From the NCBI RefSeq assembly GCF_037042905.1, contig NC_087245.1, positions 34,784,001 through 34,848,000 of the forward strand: a DNA stretch of 64,000 nucleotides. The letters are read 5' to 3'. This DNA comes from Lytechinus pictus. Taxonomy: Eukaryota. Position numbers and translations under genes: made by a program. How positions within the stretch are numbered: the stretch's first letter is position 1; each line of letters opens with the position of its first letter. The notes beneath the pieces were generated by a model. It saw nothing but the letters and a program-made list of their open reading frames with translations, had not been told where the DNA came from and searched no databases. Shown in pieces: positions 52,685 through 64,000 of this stretch.

Positions 52685-54001
52685 TACTAAATTTTACGGT
52701 TGAATATTTAAACACAAGTCAAAATTTGCTATAATTGGAGTTTTTGCACATCTCTATCAATAAAATTGATAGAATGTAGTGACAATTATTTTGGGGAAGA
52801 GTATCTTCAACAATATTCATCATTTCACGGTTCAATGAACATTTGATTAAAACAAAAATAAAATTTTCAAATATAGGCCAGTATTGTTTCATTTTGGGAA
52901 CTGAAATTATCTTATCAACTTTTTTTCGTTATGTTCATGATAAATTACCATGCTTTAACGATTCAAAGGCGTTTGATTAAACATTCAGGCTTGAATGAAC
53001 TTGTGGAATGTGAATTGCCAACTATGGATATCTGTCACAAACATTCTAGCAGAGTTCATTTGATTTGATTTTTTATGAAAATCCCGATGTCTATTTCAGT
53101 GAGCACACAATATTAGAAAATTATGCAAATGAAAAGAAATTTCAAGGCCTTGGCCCCACTCTGCCGTATCAAATGATTATTTTGGTGTGGGCATCTTTAG
53201 GATAATGTCACTCTGCAGCTTTGTGCAAAGTTTTATGAAAAAAACTGTTGGCAGAAGTACCAAAAACCGTCCATGAAACAGGCGCTCATTTTACTTTTGT
53301 TAAAATTTTAACTTCCTCTCTCACGGACATTGTGTACACAATGGGTGTGTATATTTAAGATTTTTTTCAAGGCTGTCTTTAGCAATGTAATTTGGCAATA
53401 ATGTTATCGTATGGGGAGAATTCTGAGTAAAAATGAAATCGTTTTATTTATGAATGAGTGAGTACGCATCAAAGGGGGCAAAATGGCATTTTCAATGCCA
53501 CAGACTCATTTTGCAAAAGGGGTTAGATCCACAATGGAAATATTAAAAAAATATATATATTTTAAAAAGTTGAAGACAGATTTCTTTTAAACCCTATTTC
53601 ATATTCACACGGCAGGGTAGTACATCATGGCAATTTAGTTTCTCATAAGAATATCGAAATATGGGAGAATAAAACACATGATTTTTCTCGGAATGGTCCA
53701 AAGTGGATCTAACCCCTTTTGCAACCAAACTCTTCATAATGTTAAAAAGAAACAAACAAGATTTGGTCCATTTCCGATGGGGCCTAGCCTGGACTACTGG
53801 TGCATTGTGGACAAGCAAAAGCTTGTGATGGGGCAGGCTCAGTGATTTTTTTTTTTTACGCTGGCGTTTTTGTTCTTGCTTGTCCACATGTCTTGATTCG
53901 TCGGCACAAGCCGTAACCATGGTGCACCAGGCAGAATGGTCTTCAATTGATTCTTCCCTGGTGCCTAGGTTGATGCCACAGCACTTCAGTGAAGATTTCA
54001 G

Positions 54002-54403
54002 AGGGCGGTGCTACACCAGCTCGAGTTTGCTCAATCTCGAGATTTTAGCCCTCTTGGCCCTCTTCATGATTAATCTCGAGATTCTAGAAACCCTGTCTCC
54101 ACCATCGCAAGAAGAAAAATTCCTGCTCAAGCGAGGCATCGATGCATTATGGTCTCACGCCGTGAATAAATAATCCCGAGTGCGTCTGCACTTGCGAATT
54201 AGCGGAATAATTTGTAAAATAGCGCGCTATTTTGCAAATAATCCCAAGTTGACTTGGGATTGCAATCTCGAGATTAATCCTACGAACTAGCGCGATAATT
54301 GCGTCTCCATTACAAATAATCTTGACATTGTTCAGATCGGAATAATTTGCTGGATCAGAAATAGCGCGCTTATTTGAAAACTCGGGCTGGTGGAGACGGC
54401 CCT
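54002..54403. mobile_element. Harbinger-like MITE, copy 1
   Basis: agggcggtgctacaccagc ... gctggtggagacggccct. Confidence 0.75.
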
Positions 54404-54648
54404 ACAATGTCTTTAAAGCGCTTCCTCTCACCGTCAGAGCACTTGCCTTCAAGGTCCCTTGAAGAGGGCACTGAAGACCTGAGTCCTCTGGTTATTAACA
54501 AGTAACCTTTGTAGATGGGTGATATTACATCCACTTTTAGGCAAATTAGTGGGGGCAAAATGACTGACTCTTTATATTGCCTTTTTTTGCATTTTTCACT
54601 GAATTTTTTGTTCACATTTTACTTCCCCCCCCCCCTCTATTTCATTAG

Positions 54649-54820
54649 ACGGTCATCACCCACCACCGAGCACATGGTCGTCCCGTCGCAGAATTTCGCT
54701 CCCAAGATGACCACGGAACAACTGACAGAGGATAACGAAGACTTTGCCTCTAGAGGGCGCTATCACCAGTCCATGATGAACCAGACGAACTTGGAGGATT
54801 ACGAGTACGTCAATAAATAA
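54649..54820 (+). CDS. SLC12A8: SLC12A8 alternative last exon B (RSSPTTEHMVVPSQNFAPKMTTEQLTEDNEDFASRGRYHQSMMNQTNLEDYEYVNK*)
   Basis: Strong polypyrimidine tract + ttcattag|, phase 2 compatible, QLTxxNxDFAxRxRYH motif like the vertebrate SLC12A8 tail; gives ~720 aa. Confidence 0.9.
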
Positions 54821-55801
54821 GCATGAGAGGCTCTGGAGGGAGAATTATCAATGTGGACGATAATAAAGAGAAATATGATAGATAGCACAGGAGTGATGAT
54901 GCATTTGTGTACCTTTTTTTGTCCCATTGTACATGCCAACCATTCTAAGATACGGTGTATTATGGTAGCACATGACCTTTGACTTGGTGAGCAAGGATAT
55001 TATAAAGATCAGAATCCTTTATTTAAAACAATACTTGAAACCTGTGCCAAAGGTTCTCACAATGCAAATTCACTCTGTATTTTAGCTGACACCAAATGTT
55101 AAACTTGTCATAGACAGTGATAATATAATGTATTTTTAGCAAAGAAATGTATTCTTTTTCTTGTGTGAATGTATTGCTGTTGACATATTGTACTCTTGCC
55201 ATGTACCATTGTAATCATTAATTTATTTATTCCGAGAACGAGTACTGGGTAGGTACTTTATGTTAGTTTAGATTGTTTTAATGTGTTTCAGAAAATTATT
55301 GTATTCAGGGATGGTCATATAGGGCAGTTTCAAAAGGAAAACATTGACAGTGATAGTTTATTTTTTTTAAATAAACATGATATCAATAAGATATTTCAGA
55401 GATCAGCTCAGCTGAGAACTGTTTAAAAACAAGACTGTATAATATATGCCATTATTTTGCATACAACAATCATACCTTTGTATTTTGTGCGTTATACCTG
55501 AATAATCAATTCACTCAAGAATCAGTGATATGCATAAATTACGGACATGAAAATGTATAGGGATACTTGGAAGTGAAGCAGGTGTGGTACTATAGCCAAC
55601 GATTGAAATACAAAAAATTAGAAACGCATTGTTGCTAAAGTCCTTTACTCTTGTATATTTTATTTATTTCATTCACTGTGATATATAGGAATGGTAGTTT
55701 GCTGTGTTTATTTGTTTTGGTTTAGCCAGCTGTGACATTTAGTACAATCCTGATAAAGTCCAAATAATCCCAAGATTAAAATTGATAGAGTTGGTTTACG
55801 A

Positions 55802-56200
55802 AAGGCGGTGCTGCACCAGCCAGAGTTTACTCAATCTCAAGATTTTAGCCCGATCGGCCCTCTTCGTGATTAATCTCGAAATTCAAGAAACCCCGTCTCC
55901 ACCATCGCAAGAAGAGCGATTCCTGCTCGAGCGAGGCATCGATGCATCATATGGTATGATGCCGTGAATAAATAATCCCGAGTGCGTCTGCACCTGCAAA
56001 TTAGAGGGAGAATTAATAGCGTGCTATTTTGCAAATAATCCCAAGTTGACTTGGAATTGCAATCTCGAGATTAGTCCTGCGAACTAGCGCTATAATTGCG
56101 TCTCCATTACAAATAATCTTGAGATTGATCAGATCGGGATAATTTGCCGGATCAGAAATAGCGCGCTTATTTGAAAACTCGGGCTGGTGCAGATGGCCCT
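55802..56200. mobile_element. Harbinger-like MITE, copy 2 (direct repeat of 54002-54403)
   Basis: Colinear high similarity over ~400 bp. Confidence 0.8.
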
Positions 56201-57559
56201 ATTGTGCAGCACCCAACCCAGATTTATGAGATGAACAGGTGTGAATGCACTCAGTGAGCACTGCTGCAGAAGCAGTAGCTCAAGCCAGAGAAAATGTCTC
56301 ATCTGTTTTGTATGTAAGCTTCAAAGGTTGTAAAAGGTTTATTCTGTATAATAAATTGGGTTAATGCTCTTTATGATATTTCTATGTGAAATAAATGGAT
56401 GCTGAAATAAATACATATAATTTGCACCTGCATTGAATTATTAGAATTACTATCATTTTATTTTACATTATACTACTTTTCACGAATACGTCTAAATCCA
56501 TAATATGCTGTGTCATTATTCCCTTCATATTTAACTATATATTGTGAAATACATTTGTCCTAATATGTGTATATATGTACTTGTTCCTTATCTTCTAATG
56601 TTGGCTATAAAATTGAATAGAAATATTGAACATTCCTTTTATTTCCTTTGAAAACCTATATGTAAAGAGCAAAGAGAGCATTGACAAGAATGAAATACTT
56701 TCAATGAGTGATTAATCAGTCTTATTCATTTGAGTTTGCAATCAGGTAAATTCTAATTTCATCACTAAAATTACATTTCTTCACAATAGAGATACTGCCA
56801 TTTCAGATGATGATTTCTGTTCAAATTTCACAGACAATTCCTTCATATATGTGTCTGGGGATAGTAATTTCATTGGGAAATATAATTATAGGATGAAATT
56901 GTATCATTTTAAACTAGTTTTACACTTTATTGGACAGCTTATTTGTTTGTGGTTTTACTTGTGCAATGTTATTGTATGAATTTGTTTTGCCAAGTTGATT
57001 TTGCAGTGCATAGTATCTTTAGAAATGTGTGTTGGGAGTTCAATAAATCAGTATAGTAACAATTTCCAAAACAAAAAAATGATTATATACAATAGAAATT
57101 AAATTTAAATGAAATAACTATTAGGTGATAATTTTATTTATCACAAGAACAAATTGTTTGACAGCATTGAATCAAAAGTTGTATTCATGACATACTGTAT
57201 TATTGTTTTTTGCTTCCTTCTTGAATTGGATTCATTGATGAAGGGACACTTGATTTAGATCTTATACAATGAATATCCAGGGTTCTGTTTTTTTGTTTTT
57301 TTTGTATTACAAGATGGTGCAATATTATGATGTTTTAAATCTTGTTTACATTTCATATTATTCAGCCTCAGATTCTCCTGAAGAGAATTATAAAGCCAAT
57401 TGGTAAACATAATGAGAAGTTTGTTACATACGCAGACCTCCCAACTATCCTGCTTTTGGGGGTACCTTACCGTCATTCTGATTTTTACCCTAATTATCCA
57501 GCTAAATTGACATTTTCAATACTATGCATGTATTATGTGTAGGTATATCGCTTGATTTA

Positions 57560-58600
57560 CTCAGGGTTCTGTATTGGGGCCTCTACTCTTCAGATTGTAT
57601 TTAAGACCACTTTGGGACATTCAGAGGCACAACAATGTTGAATTTTATTTACATGCTGATGATGTCCATTTATGCTATTCTTTTTATTCCAATCCCATGT
57701 TCAGAATGCTTTTCTATTTATTTTCTCTTTTTTTTAAATGTGTTCGGGAAGTTAATGAATGGATGGTAGGAAATAAGTTACTCTTAAATGAAGAAAGAAC
57801 AGAATCTCTATTGATCATTTCTCCTTGAGTTAGGCACTGCTTACCTGTCCATATTTAATCAGAACTCTAGTTGCTGAACCGGATTCGTCGCCAACGATGT
57901 CTCAACAAGTAAAGTCCCTTTGTAAAATGCTTAACTTTCACAATATATCTAGGGTCAGGAAGATGTTGACAGATGGCTTGCCATCATGCTGTTTGCTCAC
58001 TGGTGTCATCTGGACAATTCTAGTTCTCTTTTGTCTAATATTAACATTTCAGACATAGACTGCTACATGTTCAGAATTGTGCAGCCTTTCAATGGCCAGA
58101 AAATGTTATGTGTCTCCATTCAAAGAATTGGTTACCGGTCTGAAAAATAATTACTCAAAGAATTGCTTTCCTTGTTTATATGTCTTAAATAACCTGACAC
58201 CACAATATATTTCATACTTATTTTCTCCAGTCCAACAATCTCACTATTCATTATATTCTAGATCAGGTGGGCGTTTCATAAAGCTGATCATAAGTTAAGG
58301 CGACTTTAAGAATGACTGGTGATCCTTTCTCGTGGTAAATAGTATATTCACTGGCGATGGTTTGGCACATAAGAAAGGTTCACCAGTCGTTCTTAAAGTC
58401 GCTCTTAACTTAATATGAACAGCTTTATGAAACGGCCCCCAGGTCCTTTTTGTTAACTAATTCCTACAATGAACTATAAGAGAGGTCAGCAGTGTATTGG
58501 CTTCACTGGTCCCAGTATCTGGAATACCGGTAGTCACCCTATCAATATCCATACAAGTATTCAAAAATAAGCTTTAAAATGTATTTGTTTTCACAAGGTT
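57560..58600 (+). mobile_element. Decayed L2/CR1-clade LINE reverse transcriptase 3' fragment
   Basis: QGSVLGPLLF...LHADD...WMVGNKLLLNEERTE (RT PQGSxLGPLLF/YADD region); later LNNLTPQYI; interrupted by MITE 58265-58442. Confidence 0.75.
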
Positions 58601-58644
58601 ATCCCCTTTACATTTTTAAAGCACTAGAGAGAGCAGAATTTACT

Positions 58645-59190
58645 TTTTGTCTCGCCTGAACAAAGTTAGGCAGAGACCTAGGGATCACTTTTCCCGTTGG
58701 TCTGTTACAGAAATGTTAAAGTTTTCGTTCAACTTGCTCTAATTTCCTTATTTCTGCATCAATTATGTTGATAATTGGTGCATGTGATACTTGGGTAATA
58801 CCACATGTGATCCGTTGAGAATGATGGCGATCAAAGGTCATCTAGGGGTCAAAAGGTCGAATGATATGAGGTCATGTCCATCCTTTTTGTCTCGCCCACA
58901 AGAGGTGAAGGCGAGACTAAGGGATCCAAATGTCCGTCGTCCATCACAAACATGACATATACAACCGTTTGTCACTTTTCACGCAAACTTGGATTGTAGA
59001 TGTTGTAGTTAGGAGACCTGCATGTCATGCTGCAGTCGGAGGTCACATTGTAAGGCCAAAGGTCATTTTCAAATCAACGTTAAAGTTAACGTGCAAGACT
59101 CTTATGACACATAACTCTGCAACCATAAGTCACTTTTCAACTTAACTTGGGTTGTTGATGTACTTAGGAGACCTGGATGTTATTGTGTTC
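58645..59190 (+). mobile_element. Two adjacent truncated HINE-like fragments
   Basis: ttttgtctcgcc starts at ~58646 and ~58886; first resembles 20105-20520, second resembles 5702-6378. Confidence 0.65.
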
Positions 59191-62100
59191 GTAGACGAGC
59201 TGATAGGGCCTTGCTGTCATGACATATAATGAATTTTAACTAGCAAATGTTGGGAGGTCTGCAGAAAATTGCATGATAAAACATCCCTCCATCATGGATT
59301 GTGTATGTCACAAGTACAATAAAGTTGGAATGTATTCATTGTACATAAAGCATACATTTGTGAGATATTATCGACATGTGAATTGGGATTTTTCTTTTTT
59401 CTCCCCATAGGCAATGGATGTATTCATGATCTAAATGTTGATATATTATAAGTATTCATTAATACTAGAATTAGTACATGTACTATCAATACATTCTATT
59501 GGTATGAATCCAGCCTTGGTAAATTTCAGGCTTCATGAAGTTATATCCCATACAATTTATACAAGACCACGTTGATTAAAACATTCCTGCTAAATGTATA
59601 AGTTGGTTTTTTGGTGAACTAAACTACCGTATATGTGATATATTTGTAAATATGAATATCTTTAATGTGTAGGCAGAGTGTTTGTTGTCAAAACATGGAT
59701 ATAGATTTATATTATATAGATGTATTTTAGTTATATTGTTAAATATATTGAGAAAATTGCCATATTATTATGTGGTTGACCCTGGTTAAACTATCATAAA
59801 AAGCAGTGGTTTTGTGCTGAAAATAAATTGTAGAAATCAAGATTAGCTTTTGATGTCTTTTGTTGATTTCATATGTTTTCATGAGCAATCCTACATTGTT
59901 AGTGTAGACAGTGCCCCATACCTATCATCTTTTCATGAACCATCCTAGGTTTCAAATTCAGCTTTTGTTTTATGGCTATTGTGGAGGGCTAAAAGCACTT
60001 GCCTGAATAATAGTTTTAGTCCATTCAAAATATGAAATAATCCAAAACAAATGGCAACAGAAACGATTTTTTCAGCATCGATCTACTATAGTTAACAAAA
60101 TAACATACTGTACATGCTGTTATTTTTGCGAATTGCCGATCGGCTGCGAATTTAACAATGTGCAAAAACATTAACACATATAGTAACCTGTGCCAATGTC
60201 CCCAACAGCAAAGCTTTGCTATTGCAAACATCATGTGTGGTGAAAGAGTCGACATTATGACTTGGAATAGAGAGACACCACATTATTAAAAACAAATTGC
60301 AACCTCCATCAAATTCAATTAAAAACAAGTACTTTTTATTTTGCAACCACACTTTCATTTCAATCCATGATTGATGTTGGTGAAATAATTACATTTTGTT
60401 TTAAATTTCATAGAAAATACAGAGTATTTCATATCTCCATTTATAATTTAGAGTAAAACTCCACATAGAATGGATTTACCCTGGGAGGGCTTACTGTATT
60501 CAGCATTGTACACGAAGCACAATTCCTTATATGAAATGCTGAATAGGTGTCCACTTAGAATTAAAGGTTGAATAATAATCATATTTTTCATTACTCTCCA
60601 CAATGTATGTTCCATAATGTAAATTAACGCTTGTCACAGGTAGCCATATATGAGTTCAAACTTATATTTGTTCCTTTCGATCATTCTTTAAATGAAATCC
60701 TATACAAGTGAATTATAGGTAATGAATTATACCAATCACATGGAGCTGAATGACAACCTATATTACCTAGTTACATTAATGTTAAAGAGGACAACAATGT
60801 TTGCACAAAGATACCAAGTTCTGGTTTATGATGTGCATATCGGCTTGTATTATCTAAATATTTGAAAATTTGCCCTCACAAGCAATCAAAGAGTCAATTG
60901 ATGGTATTTCTACAGTCACTCTTCAAGCAAAACCTGAATGAAAGTCTGTGCCACTTATTTATTTAAGATATGGAAAAAACCTATTTGAGGTACAACATGG
61001 CTATATCTAGATGATGCAAACTTTTTTAGATTTCATGTTCGATTAGAATTACACATCAACAAGGCTTGAACATACACGCATTAGATTAGACAACTTTTTG
61101 CTTCAAAAACCATAATTGAATATAAAATATTCATGTATATGACTGACTATACTCACTTCAATATTCCAATAAGTAAATGACACGATTTTCTCTGAGATAT
61201 AACCTATCACTCCAGAATCAAACCAAATCAAATTATCCATACCATACTGAAAGATTAAAATGTACAGGTGAAAACAATGTAATGTAATGTAATGTTTGTT
61301 AGAGCTGGATCCTTAGATAATTTTTTTTAAGAGCAAACATACTTGTTCGTCCCCCCAGAACAAAAGCACAGACAATGCACAACAGATGACATTATCCCAC
61401 ACTGTGTTTCACAGTACTTAATGTGATGAACATTTTCAAATGAGTTTATTACTCATATTACAAATCACATTAACATCATTTTAAACACTATTTTACATAA
61501 TGTTGCACAGATCAAGATATATGAATAGTTTATAGTCCAAAGCAAAGAGGAATCATTGTGCTATTACATAAGGGGTTCTCAATTACTTATGTAGAAGTAC
61601 CATACGTGTCATTAGAATTGTGTATCCAACATGCATGAGTGAGGTCAGTATAACCTCACCTATACATGATCTAGGGACTCATCTTAAGGGCCCTTGGTAG
61701 TTGGTGGCATCGAGGGGTCAGAACCCATCAAAGGTTTTCAATACGAGACCTTTTGGCCCTATAATTGCTATTATTTTGTGATTATTTGTGTAAACAACAA
61801 TGACTTGATCCTAAACATTCTACATAATTTTTTGGGGAAAAAAAATGAAACATCTTTATTCATGTTTCTTCATAGAAGCTTACATGCGCCGCATCAAAGG
61901 CCCAATACGCCATACATGGCATACTGCAAACTCACTGATAACCCTGCTATAGATGATGTAATAAAATATAGACCCTGTGACGTACGAGAGTTGAAAATTC
62001 CTGCCAAGCAATTAAACTATTTTTATCCATTTATTATATAGAAACCAGTTTCTTATTGATAAGTGTAGCATGTATTTGGACTTTTCAATAAACTCCTTTG

Positions 62101-62576
62101 ACCCCCCCCCCCCCCCCCCGTCACTCGTAACTACCCCTAGAACTGCCAACTGCATAAGAAAAATCAAGGATAATATATTTGTAGTACAACTGCAAACATG
62201 ATAATATAAGTCATAATAAAATTAACTCCTGGCAAGCAACTTTCCTCTTTATCTATAAAATGACTTTTCATTCAAATATCAAAGTCATTACTCAAAGTTG
62301 GTTTTAGTTAAAAGCAACAATGATTACGATGACAATGTGAGTTTTTATATTTCATTCATTCAAAGTACATCATGCAGAATCGTCTTGAATAACAATGTTT
62401 TGATATCCACTATAAAATCTCACAAAGTAAAACCGGCAACTGAACGGGCATAATCCCAACAAGTCTGAACTTTGGGTATATCAAGTTGCCAATTTTCCGT
62501 TCCTGCATGAATAACATACAACAGAGTAAAATCTAGGCGTTCCATTATTAGTCAGTCATCCAGGTTGTAAATCTAT

Positions 62577-62834
62577 GCCCTGTCTTACAAAGAGTTACAA
62601 TCGATCCAATGTATCGTAACTCTATGGAAATCCATCAGTGTCATAATTTTCTCTACAGGATATTTGCACAATGTCCTTTGTAAACAAAGAGAAGCACAGT
62701 AAATTTTCAAGAAAACAGTGCATGAATATGCATCATAGAAAGTATTTTGAACAAACATAATAGATCTTGAGGTTACTGGCCTTCCATAGTTGCGTTTGAT
62801 CGGATCAATCGCAAATCTTTGTAAGACGGGGCCC
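62577..62834. mobile_element. MITE
   Basis: gccctgtcttacaaaga ... tctttgtaagacggggccc. Confidence 0.65.
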
Positions 62835-63013
62835 AGGTTTAGTTCCTGACTACGGAGTTGACCAGATTCACCCTCATCCTCCCTCCACTTCACTCTTTCT
62901 TTACACCAAATTGATTGAATTTTGTGCATTATAAGACGAAGAACATCAACATTGGTGATGTACATATTTTTTTTCAATGAGACACAGTCACGATGCATTC
63001 AAGTCAAAATATA

Positions 63014-63845
63014 CAGTGTGTCCCATAAAAAAACATGAATCTGAAATTGATCGATTATTTTTCATAACTTAATCACACTACAATAGACAAATGACCTGTC
63101 ATTATAAAGCTTAGATTCTCCTCTTTCATCTGAAATAACTTCAGATTATTCCTCATGCATGCATGAGTGATCAAAAACAATTTGAAGAAAGGATACCTAA
63201 AAGTCACTCGGCGGGTGGTATCTGGGTTTAAATAAAAAATAACAAATTTCTAAAACTTCAATATCTGCTATCTGCTCTTTAATTTGCTACCTCAATTACA
63301 GAAAATGATCAAGAAATAACAAAGTTCTACTTATTTGAAATAAGGACCTGAATTTCAATAATTTCATGAAATTAAGAGGTTTTACAAACTTATTCGAAAC
63401 TCAACTAAAAAAAAAAAAAAAACTTATTTGAAACTCTGTTTTGCTGACGATCAGTCATGCATATTTGTTAACTGTGTGATAGCTTTGGTTGGAAACCGAT
63501 GGAAACACATTTATGGAAATACAAGCATTGTTTCGAAGGAACACCATTTTGTTATTTCTAAACCATTTTCTGTGAGTGATGAACCAAATTAAAGAGCAGA
63601 CATTGGACTTTTTAGGCATGCAATTTTCTACTTGAAATTCAGATTCCCCCCACCAAATGACTTTTTGGTATCCTTTTTTCAAATTGTTTTTTCTCACTCA
63701 TGCATGAAGAAATACTATATGTTACACCAGGTGAAAGAGAAGACTCTAAGCTTTACAATGATAGGTCATTTGTCTTATTTTATTTGCGATTAAGTTATGA
63801 TAATTCATCTCTAAATCTCGATTTTGATTTTTGTGGGATGCACTT
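63014..63845. mobile_element. Tc1/mariner-like non-autonomous element with ~150-bp TIRs, TA TSD
   Basis: ta|cagtgtgtccca...agacaaatgacctgtcattataaagcttaga vs tctaagctttacaatgataggtcatttgtct...tgggatgcactt|ta. Confidence 0.7.
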
Positions 63846-64000
63846 TATATGCCCATACACCTGGGCACAACCCTCAAATAAAGTACTTAAACATATAACG
63901 CTACTTCCAATAAAGACATCTTTGAACACAAAACATGATGCCTTCATGGACAAGTATTCAAAGATCAATTATTTACTACTTATCCTGCTTTGCTAAGGAA

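Noticed and set aside
59200..64000. Neighbouring gene at the 3' end of the window
   Set aside because: No convincing coding exon on either strand; could be UTR of this or a convergent gene but cannot be supported.

Overview
AT-rich eukaryotic (metazoan) genomic DNA; the repeat repertoire (poly-G/C hAT-type MITEs, HINE/Tsp-like elements, GCGCGAAGCGC motifs, tRNA-SINEs) suggests a sea urchin or other invertebrate deuterostome (inference). The window holds one multi-exon + strand gene, an SLC12A8 (CCC9) cation-chloride-cotransporter-family orthologue. I traced nine shared coding exons with consistent GT-AG phases from ATG 1931 to 38916. They are followed by two mutually homologous, phase-compatible last exons (42226-42556 and 54649-54820), predicting ~773 aa and ~720 aa isoforms with different candidate sorting motifs. 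Coding exon 9 also has a tandemly duplicated in-frame splice acceptor (+23 aa). Introns are packed with transposon debris: a Penelope-like element with a GIY-YIG remnant and two inverted pLTRs that each carry a minimal hammerhead ribozyme, a four-level nested DNA-transposon stack, a 5.1 kb Academ-like foldback element, many Helentron-associated (HINE-like) elements whose core repeats carry AGGTCA-A-AGGTCA (DR1) motifs, piggyBac/Kolobok/hAT/Harbinger/Tc1-like MITEs, SINEs and an L2/CR1-like fragment. All calls were made by eye; family assignments rest on terminal sequences and TSD lengths, not database searches.
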